Assembly: GCA_047495785.1 (NCBI GenBank)
Contig: JBLDXI010000073.1
Location: 186,001-250,000 of the forward strand
DNA: 64,000 nucleotides
DNA from: Lepidodermella squamata
Taxonomy: Eukaryota > Animalia > Gastrotricha
Direction of reading: 5' to 3'
The notes beneath the pieces were generated by a model. It worked only from the letters and a program-made list of their open reading frames with translations. It did not search any database and was not told the DNA's origin. Position numbers and translations under genes: made by a program. Shown in pieces: positions 38,934 to 50,137 of the stretch; position 1 is the stretch's first letter, and each line of letters starts with the position of its first letter.

Positions 38934-40218
38934 ATGGAAAGTATCTTTCTGCTCCTCATTTCCTCTGTTCTCCTCTTTGATGGTCCAGTTTGGTGCTATA
39001 CTGTTGGGACAACGGCGTGTAAGTCATATTGTTCGGCTATAGGCTATAGCTCTCAAATTCCATGACGCTCATTTTTCGCCAAAGCTTGCACTTCAAATTC
39101 TGACTGCACAAGCTCCCTATCGGCCGACACTTATTGCTACAAGGTCGCTCCAACCTGCGTGAAAGGCTACTGCTTATGCAAATCAGGCTACACATTCGTC
39201 ACAGACGCCTGCAAAGCTAGTAAGTCCAAAGTCCTAATCCCCCAAAATCACATTGAAATTCTCGACAATTGTCTAGATCTAAACTTGGCGATTGGTTCAG
39301 GCTGTACAAGCGCTCTGAATGAGATTTTACCCTACGGAGCGATCTGTTCTTCCGGGATCGTAGTCTGTACTCCAGTCGTATTCTCAGCCTCGCTAGACGG
39401 CACATCCTGCAACCTCGCCTCGCCTCAAGCTACATACCAAGCAACCTGCCAAACCCAACCAACTAGCACAACAACGCAATGCAACACAACACGAGGCCTC
39501 GCTTGCGATTCAACCTCATTAAAATGCGTTTGCTCCGTTATCTCCACTCAATTCGTTCAAAGCACCTCGCAGTGCACGTCTCGAATTTACGGAGACGCTT
39601 GTTCCGCAACATCGGATTGCGACTCAGGGGCTTACACTGGACTTTCAGCATCAGGAGGCGGTCCTCTATGTACCTCTGGCTCGTGTGATTGCGCGAGTGG
39701 TTTTACAAAAGTCGGGCGGTTGGTCTACGATACGGCAAAAGCTACGACTTCGACTGTTTACACGTGTTTGAAGAGTTATACCGATCAGTTAGGGTTGAAT
39801 GCGACGTGCAACATAGCGCCGCAATCGAGTAGCAGCAGTGGGGCTAAAATTTGCAGTACAACATCGAATTTAGCCTGCATTCGGTGTTTTGAAGACACGA
39901 CAGCTTCGGATACTGGCTATTGCCGCTACACAAAAACAAGTAATGTTTCATTGAAATTAGTGGTAATTTTTGTTAATTTTCCTAAAATTATAGCGAGCTG
40001 TGTAACCCTACAGACGACTAGCAATTTATACTCACTGAGTGCCGATCAAATTTTGGCGGGTGTAAAAGGTTGCTCAGGTAAAAATTCCCCTTATTAATTT
40101 GACAGACTTACATTTCTTGAATTTTTCAGGCCATTTGTTGCTGAGGCTGCCCGACCTAAGAATCGTTTCTACCAGTCTTGTAATGCTGGGAATCATACAG
40201 AGAGCCATCAAAGTTTAA
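38934..40218 (+). CDS. Cys-rich (EB/EGF-like repeat) secreted protein, possibly GPI-anchored (5 exons)
   Basis: MESIFLLLISSVLLFDGPVWC signal. Repeated C-x4/5-DC...C-x-C-x-x-G(Y/F) modules. Hydrophobic C-terminus ...RIVSTSLVMLGIIQRAIKV*. Confidence 0.75.
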
Positions 40219-40465
40219 TGAGCTATAGAACAGTAAAATAAAAAAAGAATGGTCGTCCTATCGACTATGTTAAGAACTGAGTCATTAATCATTCAATCTA
40301 ATAATACAGCTTGAACAATTTAATGATTGCCAACACTCGATAAAATCAAGGCATGACCCTGCAAACTGGGCCGAAGCAAATTGCCGCAAGGCATGTTGCT
40401 ATTAGCACCGATGGAAACGGCTGGAACATTCCATATTTATTCTGTTATAAAACGTCTTTGTTATA

Positions 40466-40753
40466 CAGGGTGACTTTTTTATAGTGGAAATAATCTTTGT
40501 TAGCATTAATCGGGACTAGTACTGTCTAGTATTGCGAGTACTTGCACTGCACTAAAGTCGATTTCTCCAAACTCTTCAAACTCTATCTGATAATTATCGC
40601 GTAATACCAGGCCATTCATAAAATTTTATTGCTAGCACGAGTTCGTTAAGTTTGGAGAAATCGACATGCAAGTACTCGCCATACAAAGATGATTCAGTAC
40701 TAGACGCAATTATTGCTAACATGGATTATTGCCACTATAAAAAAGTCACCCTG
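40466..40753. mobile_element. Tc1/mariner-like MITE
   Basis: TIR cagggtgacttttttatagtgg, TA flanks. Confidence 0.9.
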
Positions 40754-40771
40754 TACTTATCAAAATGAAAA

Positions 40772-43700
40772 ATGGGTAACTTGAAGTACTTTTTCGCCCT
40801 GTTTTTCGTGGGGTCGGGGCCAAATCTTTGCTCTGGCCAAACAACAACAACTGCTAGAGCTACGACTACGTTCACGGCCACTGCAGCGCCAACTACCGCT
40901 TCAACAACTACAGCCAGGGCTACAAGCACCGTTTCAACGACTGTAGCCCCTGTCACAGCTTCGACGACCACTGCAAGGGCCACTACAGCCGCGAATACAA
41001 CCCTAACGGCTACTACGGCTCGAAACGCCACATCCGGTGGGAACTCAACCTTTGGTCCTACCACTACGTTAAGAGTGGATACTACTGCGAACTCCGTTAC
41101 GACTACAACAATTCGAAGCTCCAACCCTACAACGACTGCTGCGATAATTTCCACTACATCGAAGATTTCAGGAATTAGCACTACAACAATGAGGGTTAGC
41201 TCAACTACGGCCAGCCAAGGAAATGTGACTACTGCCTCGTCTCCCGTGACAACGACCGTTCGAACAACCACAACAACCCCAGCTCCGATATGTGGGCTTC
41301 AAACTTGTAGTGGGAGGTCTTTTGTAGACTACGACAACGGGACTGCAACCTCCTTCTGTCTAACCGCAAGTGGGACGACCTTTGCCCTGCAGTACTGCGA
41401 CGTTGCAAATGCTACTCTAAGGCCTTACGCGAATCGAGGGCGGCTTGATGTCATGGGCTGCTTTGGCCAGTTGAATTTCACGATTAAAACCACGAGGTAT
41501 AGGCTGAATGAGAGGGGCGAGGTATGCCGTGCCAGTGGGAACACGTGCGAGACAGCTGGGCTTAAAGTCGAAGATTTCAGATGGTTCTTCGTGAGATTAA
41601 AGGCTTCAGACGGTAAATTTACCCAAAAATAATGAAAAATCAGCAAAAACTTCTATTCTCCAGCCTCCGGTTACTTTTATTGCTCCAGCAATTTGACGAT
41701 AAATTCTACCCAGGAATCTGTAGCTTTCTTTTACAACGGCACGTTCTATGATCTTACAACAGATCCGAATGGCCTGATTTCGATTGTTCGGCAGCAAGTT
41801 ACCCAGACTAGCTACATCCGTAGTGTAGTAAAACGTGACCTGCCCGACTGCAAGTTGTGCTGTTGGTTCGATGATGGTGAGCCACTAACTGAGTTCTACT
41901 ACGACGGGGCAAAGTTATACGTTTGGTCGCAACGAGGCGGCTGGCCTTCGTTCCAGCTCTACTCCGGCGATGTTCCTGATGGCATGATCGAATGCCTGAA
42001 TCATATGAGCGACATGAAATGGACCCATTCCACCGGGGCTCGGTATGGCTGGGATAAGGGGAAGATCTATCTCTTGAGCGCAGCAGGAGCTTTCATCGGA
42101 TCTGGGCAGGGTCTTACACCGCAGCTTTTGAGATCGACGGATGCTGACCCAGTAGCTACAGGCGGGTTCTACTTCTTCAGCTACGAGATGCAATCCCCTA
42201 TTGCAATTTACCGTTCTTCAAAAGGGTCCTGGTGGGTCAAGGTTGAGAGTGGGGTGATCAATAACCGGGCTAGGAGACCACCCCCACCCTGCTCGGCTGG
42301 GCTGAGAGGGTTGCCGAGCGTTGGCGGGTCAGCTTTGTCGTCAAATGGGCCTCAGCAGTGCTATCAAACCGCTGATGTAGTGGCCATGAACCAGGTCATA
42401 CCCTGCGATCCGTTATCGACCGATGCGAATCAATGCGGTGAGGGGTACTCGTGCCAAAAGTTGCCGTCGATTTTCGATATGAAGTGTAAGATGGGGATAT
42501 GCATAGCTGATTACAGCTTGCTGTGCCCTGCGGTGGCTACGACCACTTCAAGACCGGCGGCTGTTCAAACAACGACTGGAATAGTTAATAATTCAACGGG
42601 TTCGTTAAATGCTACAACTGTTCCCACGACTACACTCCCGCCCGTCAAAACAACTAAATCAAGTAACAGTGTCTAGTATTGATTTGATATAACGGCTATA
42701 CGTTTTTCTGAGTAGAATTTGGCGAGGATTGTTTTTGGGATGCTGACTGCCATACTGGGATTTGCCGAGAAAAGAAGTGCGCATGTACTTCGTGTACTAA
42801 GCCGTTGCCTGTTCTGGATTACAATTGGCGAACTGGCGAGTTGAAATATGTTGAGGGATGCATTCGTGAGTTTATAGCTACAACATTTAGCTTTGGGTTT
42901 CAGGGTTTAGGTTACGCTTGGGCCTCGGGCTGCTCTGGGTAATCAGATGTGACATCTAACGCTAACGCTAACCCTAGACCTATACTTAACTGTTAGCTCA
43001 ACAGTAATTCAGTAGGGTTAGGGTTAGGGCAAGGCTCAGGGAATCTACCGTAAACCTAACACTAAGCTTTTGAAGTATATCTGATACCTGAACCCTAACC
43101 CTAACCCTAACCTTAAACCTGATGCCCATCTTATAAAATTTTCTCGATACCCCATGAGCTAGGAGCTAGGATTTAGGAATTACGGTTGGGTCTGGGGTCT
43201 AGGCTACCCCTGGTACTAAAACCTAAAACACTGGCAATCATTGTTGACTGTTGATGTAACACTTGAACTAGGGTTAGGGTTTCATGAAACTAAACCTAAG
43301 CCTTAATAAATGTTTAATCAACCTAAGTCAATTCTTTGCAGCTTCGAACTCATCCATCGGAGGAATCGGTGATACCTGCAACATTTATGCCTCAGTTCGC
43401 AATAAAGACTGCGGATTCGGTTCGATCTGTGCGAAATGCCCAGAAAATTGGAACAGCAAATTCGCCGCAGCGAAATGCATTGCAATCCTGAATGCGGCCC
43501 GTGAAAAATTAACATGCTCTGAATCGTATCAATGCGGGTATAAGGCTACGTGTTCAATAATTTCCGGCACCCCAACCTGCACCTGTCCCACAAATTACAC
43601 CTTGGATGAGAATCTGAAGGATTGCTATGGTTGGACAAATTACACAGTATCGAAGTGCAGCGCGACTTGCGGAATGGGTCTGAGGACGACCACAAGATCT

Positions 43701-44890
43701 TGCGACCAAGTCGATTCAACCTCAGTCAGATGTTTCGGTCCGAGTAACTTCACAACGCCATGCATGAGTGAAAACGGACCATGCCAGCGTAAGATCTTTT
43801 AAAAGGGGAATGTCTCTCATTAGTTGGCCAATTTTCAGTAAATAAAACTCTTTCTGACGCTGCAGTGCTGCTACGCATCAAATCGAGCGTAATTACAGTT
43901 GAAATCTTCGAGCAAGCTATAGAGCCACCTCTGAAGCTACGAATGGCTAAATCTTTGAACAACAAATGCACGTCTGAGGAGACAACCTTCGAGAAACAAT
44001 GCTGCCCAGGCAGAAAATGGCCGTTAGCATCATCGTCTAGCAATTCAACAAATTCTTCATTCAGCTTTGTTCAAGATTGCATCAACTCCGATGTTGGGAT
44101 TAAATTCCTATCGAAATACTCTGACGGGCTGTTTTTCGGTTTCTACGTCGTTGCGAAAGGCGACCCTATGAGTCAGTGTTGTAGCAACGCTCCAAGGCTG
44201 AGAGCGAAGCGAGCGGCTGAGGATGACAGCAGCTTATTCGACAGCGCAACGTTACATGACGCAGTTTCAGACTCGCCATTGTAAGATCTCAGGAAAACCT
44301 GATGAAATTCAATGAGATTGTTGTTATTTTTAGCATGGATGATTTGAACGATCTTGCGCAATCTGTTGATGTTAATGCTGAGTCTGAGAAGCCGAAGATC
44401 GCAGTCTATACGCAGCCTGTTACCCAGCCAGTTTATCCGACCGAAGCTGCAGTGGTAAGTGTCTCAAATTGACGATTTTCGAGAGTTAACTTACCATTTT
44501 TTCACCAGACGGCTTCAGGCTCGATCGGAGGATTTCCTATTTGGGCAATTGGGGTTTCGGCTGGTTCTGGGGTTCTAGTCATAGGAATCGGCGTTTTAGT
44601 CGCCGTTCTAGTTATCCAACATCAAAAGTGAGTTAGATTGCTGGTAAAGGGTATAGAATCCTAATGCCCAAGCTTTATCTTTCTAAAAGAAAGCTCTTGC
44701 TAAGAAGAAAGAAGCAGGGCTTGTAAGGCCAGCTTTTAACAACAGACGAACCTCAGGTTTGCGCAACAATCTCGTGCAGCCCTCGGTCTACGGAATAGGG
44801 CAAACGATGCCTGGATACCCGGCTTACTACGGCAACTACCCGGAGCAGATGGTGAAGCCTACCTACCCACAATGTGCCTCGGAATTTTGA
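40772..44890 (+). CDS. Type I membrane glycoprotein C (paralog of 18970)
   Basis: Long Thr-rich N-terminus and the same domains as A. RAKR site, TM, and tail PGYPAYYGNYP. The last acceptor looks defective. Confidence 0.8.
42890..43282. repeat. Degenerate TTAGGG/CCCTAA-rich intronic sequence
   Basis: agggttagggttaggg at ~43015 and ccctaaccctaaccctaacc at ~43093, in both orientations. Confidence 0.65.
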
Positions 44891-45117
44891 ATTGACACAG
44901 ACTTTTTGCCTGAGAGATTACGCACTGTAAAATTCAGTCAATTTCGCTATGTGAAAAAGAAATGTTTAGTTTTCACCAGAGCATTTCCAATTGGCCAGTT
45001 GATGATGTAAAAGCGGAGTTGATCCAGCCCAATCTTAAATAAAATTTTCATTGACTTTTTTGATTAGATAAAAACATAGATAAATTTGATCACTGCTTGT
45101 GCCCTAGCGGGGCGACG

Positions 45118-45297
45118 GACAGACCGGGTGTACCCCACTTGCGTATCTATTTTTGGGTTAGGGTTAGAGTTAGGGTTAGGGTTAGGGTTAGTGTCAGGTT
45201 TAGGGTTTTGGGTTAGGGTTATGTTTGAAGTTAGGGTTTAGGGTTAAGAAGTTAGGGTAAGTGGGAAATAAGCAAGTGGGGGTAATTCGACAGACCG
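45118..45297. repeat. Small element with internal (TTAGGG)n-like tract
   Basis: TTAGGG variants at ~45155-45258, bracketed by inverted ccccacttgc / gcaagtgggg and direct gacagaccgg. Confidence 0.7.
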
Positions 45298-45750
45298 GCG
45301 TGGCACCAATAACATATATATTATGAGCTTTGTTTACGACAAGTTTGTTTACGGCCTGTTTGGTGCGGGAATAAGAACGAAATTTTTTATTATCAGATTA
45401 GCATTGCCAAGCTTTTCCTATTTTCTATATTCTTGGCGAGATATGAGTAAGTATGTGATATGATCTGTGATATGATTTCTAATTGGATTTTTTTAATTTT
45501 CAATTCTATTCTAGCTGATAAGAAATTATCACCATATTATAGCAAAATTAGGACATAGCTGAGTAATTCGCCAGAGTTAGTTTTCCATTGATTATGGCTC
45601 CTCAGAGAATTTGAATGCCACTTTGCGCATTAGAGTCTTATATCCGGGGAACCTGTGAAACAGGACATTGTTTCGTAGTAAATGAAACAGGTCTGATTTC
45701 CTGCTAACCCACTTATAGTCTCACAACTTCTATTTTGTAGAACCAAGAGT

Positions 45751-45943
45751 ATATCGTTAGCGTCGTTGAATAACTCGGATTTAGGCTCGTTTACATCCGT
45801 TCAAAGGTGAAAAGTGACAAGTAAAAAGCGGCTATTTAACGTGGATGAAGTGGCAAAAACAAGAGACTTTTACTTGTCACTTCTCGCCTTGAAACCGATG
45901 TAAACAAGCCTAAATCCGAGTTTTTCAACGACGCTAACGATAT
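45751..45943. mobile_element. MITE of the 3932 family
   Basis: Same TIR. Ends 24 bp upstream of the ATG at 45968. Confidence 0.9.
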
Positions 45944-45967
45944 CGTTACAGAATCGAAAGGAATGTT

Positions 45968-46573
45968 ATGCAAGAACAGAGGGGACAATCTCATCTTTTT
46001 CCCTCAACATGTTGGTTGCGCCTATTCTCGGCTTCTCTAGCAGCATTGCTGGCAAGCCAAGTTCACTTCTCCTCGGCAGATGTTAAGCAATGCTACCTGT
46101 GCATTCCAAGCGAGACTACGGACTGCGGAAATCTGACCAACTTCGAGGTGTTCAACTGCACGGCGAATTATAACCATGGATGTATATTTATTGACAGTCA
46201 ATTGTGAGAATTCGAAGGTTTTCTGGCTCAATTCGCAATTCGGACTGATTTCAGAGAAACTGGCATACGCGGTTGCATCGATGAGAAAGGCTGCATTTCA
46301 AGTCAATTTGTGACTTGCTGCACAGAAGAGCTGTGCAACAACCAAACAGTTACGCCGCTTCCGACTACGAAGAAAATGGCGGCTCCATTGGAACCCAGTC
46401 TGGAAGATCCAAAACCATCTGGCGAGGGGCTCTCAGGCAATACTATCGCCGGGGTAGTTGCTGGCGCGGTAATAGCGACAGCAGTATTGGTTGGTAGTGC
46501 TTATTCCATCAAGAGATCGCGCAGAAAAAAATTGACAAACATCATCGGAAACGATGATGGAGCTAAATGCTAA
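45968..46573 (+). CDS. Ly6/uPAR (three-finger) single-pass membrane protein 1 (2 exons)
   Basis: Signal peptide, KQCYLC...RGC...CCTEELCN, a Pro/Thr stalk, TM and a basic stop-transfer. Confidence 0.85.
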
Positions 46574-47774
46574 ATACATGAGCAGCTTTGTTTTTGTTGT
46601 GCAACGCAAACTATACAAGTTTTCATTATATTTGATTCTAGTACAGGATTACAGTATGCTCCATAGGCCCATAATCGAGGATTTACTGTGGATAGTGGAT
46701 GGTCTTGTGATATCTCGTCACAATTTTGGATTCCGTAGCGCTTACTGATAGTTGCAAGAATTTGAAAATTAAGGAATGCTCAACGGTGTTGAGGGCAGAA
46801 ATCGAGTTTTTGCCGGAAACATATGTTTAGCATTACTGTTGGTTAGTTCGTTTTTTTCCGAAGAAAAACCCAATTTCCGCTCGAAACCTGGATAAAGTGC
46901 CTAATGACTCATGCCCATGGTGTTCATGTTTCATATATCTGATTGAGAAGAACTATGCAGGGATATTCTGGCGTTCCAAAAAACGTAGGATTTGCTCGCA
47001 TCTTGGTGAGATCTTGGACGATGAGTCTTTATTTTAACACTGACGATGAAGTTAGCAGACGTTGCTGCTCCGTATGTTGCCATTTTATTAATTATCAATA
47101 CATAGCTTGATTCAAGTCTGTCAGTCCGAAACTAGTTTTCGCCTAAGTCAGAGCGCGCGTAAGAGTTGATAATTGATAATTAATTAAATGATTATAATTG
47201 TATTCGCGATAATCGATAGGTAACCAAATTAAATTGATGCTGAAAAAACTGTTTTTACATGTTATCGTCGATATATCAAGTCTGAAACAGTGCCGCAAGG
47301 TTTTTAAAAGACCTTTAGGGTGCGGGGCGGCGGTGAGAGGGGCGCGCCTGGCACCATTACAGGGTGTGTACAAGAATCAGCGATTTAGCCTTTAAAGTCG
47401 GCCTCCTAACTCCTAAGACGGTTACTTAAAACTCGATCTCTTGAGGAGGAATCATGTTCCCTCCTCATTAGCCATGCTACGCTTGAAAGGCGACGAGCGT
47501 CGGCTCTTGAGGAGCGTTCGCGCAATATAAACTTACCTCCTAGGATTTACCTGTACTTGCATAGCACAAGTACAAGGCACAGCAAAAAACCTTGCACACA
47601 AACTTTCGCACAATCGCAATTTTTTAGCTTAGTTTTGAGTTGGAGTGATTCATATACTGATGTTATCTGTCACACACCCACACATATAAAAAAATTCGCA
47701 GCTTGTGCGTGGGCAAGAGGAAGGCTAGAAAAAAAAATCTTATCAGCTATCCTAATCCCCTCACCATCTGTTCT

Positions 47775-48655
47775 ATGCTAAACCTAAAACCCATGATTGC
47801 TATGGCTGTACTGCTGACGGTTGAAAGCCATATTCGGTTTTCAACTGCCATGGTTAAGCAGTGCTTCAAGTGCATTCCAACCGAGACTACCAATTGCGGA
47901 GATCCCAACAACCTCGAGGTGTTCGACTGCCCATCGGGTTACAATTATGGGTGTATCCACTTCGAAAGCGAACTGTGAGCATTTTACGGGTTTAACCAAC
48001 ACATTAAACATTAATTAACCTTGCGAGCGAAGCGAGTTTTAGCTGGCGTTATTTTTCCATAATTGTGTCTGAAAATAGACTAAAATAGCTTTAAAAGTGG
48101 GCTTTTACTTTGAAGTTTGAAACAAACTGAGTGATTCTCGTTGCGACCCTCGCGACCCCACGACCCCAAAAACCTTCCGCGACCCTTTTTAAAATCGTCC
48201 GCGACCCCAAAAAAGGCCGCGACCCCACTTTCAAGAATGACTGGTTTATATACTTACTTTTTACTTTTGTGATTCGCTTTGCTTTCAGGGAAGCCGGTAT
48301 GCGTGGTTGCATGGATAAAAGTGGTTGTAGAGCAAATCAATTTGGACATTGCTGCACAGAAGACCTATGCAACAACCAAACAGTAACGCCACTGCCGACT
48401 ACAACTGTGACGGAGATAAATACCAGTCCAATGGAGCCCAGTTGGAATGACTTCAATGCGTCCGATGATCTAGCTTTCTTTCTTACTGCTTTATTTTTGT
48501 GTGGCCTGCTAATAGCTGGTGTTTTCAGGATGCACTATCATGTGCAAAAGAAAAATAAGACTTTGGAAAGTGAGACATTCCGTATTTTAATCGACAGTAG
48601 TCCGACTTCGCCCCGCTCTCAGGGGGATAAATCGGAATTTTTGAGCCTACAATGA
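47775..48655 (+). CDS. Ly6/uPAR single-pass membrane protein 2 (2 exons)
   Basis: KQCFKC...|EAGMRGC...CCTEDLCN, TM LAFFLTALFLCGLLIAGVF. Confidence 0.85.
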
Positions 48656-48923
48656 GCACACTACCCTTCCTCCAGTATTCGGAATACTGTTAATCCAGCT
48701 CTAAAATATATTTCATTCAAACTTCAAACTCAGCTATTCTTGTATCTGCTACCATTGAATTACGCAACAGAGCCCAATCAACAATAAAAAGTTGTTTATT
48801 TGCATAAACTATTTTCGTAATCGTTCAATTTTCATGTAAGCTAGTGGAATTATAATTTTAAAGTTACTTGCTCGCATCACCTTTTCTGCCATTGATAAGT
48901 GAGTCCGGCAAGGCATTTAGCAG

Positions 48924-49444
48924 TCAAACATTGTTATTGCTTGTCTTATCTTTTTCGGGTTGCATCTCAAGTTGTTTCACACGCTCCCACGTGAATTCCG
49001 CCTCATCGCGCCCAATATGGCCGTTTTTCGATAAATAGGGCGCTTCAGATCCAAGTCCCGAATGATGCAACCAGGGCGAAAGTCGAAATTACGGGTGATA
49101 ACACTCCGCAAATCATCGGCAGGCAGATCACCATTCGCCGAGCCGTAATCGAAAACTGCGTTCCGGGTCAATGCCAGTTTCCGCATCGCTGTAGCCAACG
49201 CCTCGAATGACGTCACGCACCACCGCGTCGATGTTGACGCAATCAGCGGCGATTGAGGTGAATTCGCCGGAGACGTAGACCTCATCGGACTTGACAGCGC
49301 ATTCGCGACTTTGACTTCAGCATCCACGGCGAGGAAAGCATCGACTATGTCGTCACTGATCTGATCACAGAGCTTATCCGGATGACCTTCGCCAACTGAT
49401 TCGGAGGTGAATACAAACGAAGTTTGTCCAGCAGTTTCACACAT
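48924..49444 (-). pseudogene. MAT: S-adenosylmethionine synthetase (methionine adenosyltransferase), internally deleted and frameshifted
   Basis: [21 protein letters not shown]-terminus joined directly to the C-terminal [18 protein letters not shown]...GR..FTWE. The middle is missing and there are frameshifts. Confidence 0.92.
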
Positions 49445-49567
49445 GACACGATCAATTTTAACAAATTTTTATCTAACTAGGAAAAATAGAAAAGCAATTA
49501 TTCTCAAATTTTCCTTGTGTTCTGTTACAGATTTTCAAGTTGAAGGAAAATGAAGTTTAAGTTATTT

Positions 49568-50073
49568 TCAATCTTGCTGAGACCCGCCAAACCTCTCGGC
49601 CAGAGTTTTCCACTGTTCCTCTTCGATTCGCGGGAATAGCGGAACGGGTTCATTAATTTGTGGCCTTTCGGTAGAATTGGTTGGAAAGTAGGCGAAACGG
49701 CCTCTAAAGAAAGCCCAGTCTTCGAATCAGCGATTCCCAACTGTTGCCGCATTTTACCAGCAGTCTCCGGCATGTAGGGTTCAATAAAAGTAGACAAAAT
49801 CGCGACGACATGACACGCCATAGCGACGACACTTCCTTCCTTCGACGAAGCGATCTGCCAGGAAGCGGTCACAGTGGTCGCAAAACAACTGCTCGACCGA
49901 TGACGGACTTATCAACACAGCATTTTGAAGCCGCCAGAAAATGTTCTGGGTAATTTCAGTCTGCTGCGGGGTCGACGTTCGACCGAAATGATCAAAGCTG
50001 ATCTGAAACCAATCGTAGACAGTTCGGTGAATCTCGTGGTACTTGTCGCAAAGCTGCCGCGGCGTTGTGCCCT
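49568..50073 (-). pseudogene. MARS1: Cytosolic methionyl-tRNA synthetase, internally deleted fragment
   Basis: [13 protein letters not shown]...[16 protein letters not shown]...[15 protein letters not shown] joined to PYMPE...LPKGH...PLF.RIE...RFGG*. It retains an intron acceptor at 50074. Confidence 0.92.
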
Positions 50074-50137
50074 CTAAAATTCTAAAATTCATTTTGATGC
50101 TAGGGTGAATGAAAGGTCAAGTCAGATTTGAGGTTTA

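Noticed and set aside
40735-41271. Val-rich minus-strand ORFs (also 20570..20788)
   Set aside because: Antisense shadows of Thr-rich (ACN) mucin codons.
48977-50092. Functional or horizontally acquired bacterial metK/metG
   Set aside because: The sequences resemble eukaryotic cytosolic enzymes, retain a spliceosomal acceptor, and have large deletions and frameshifts.
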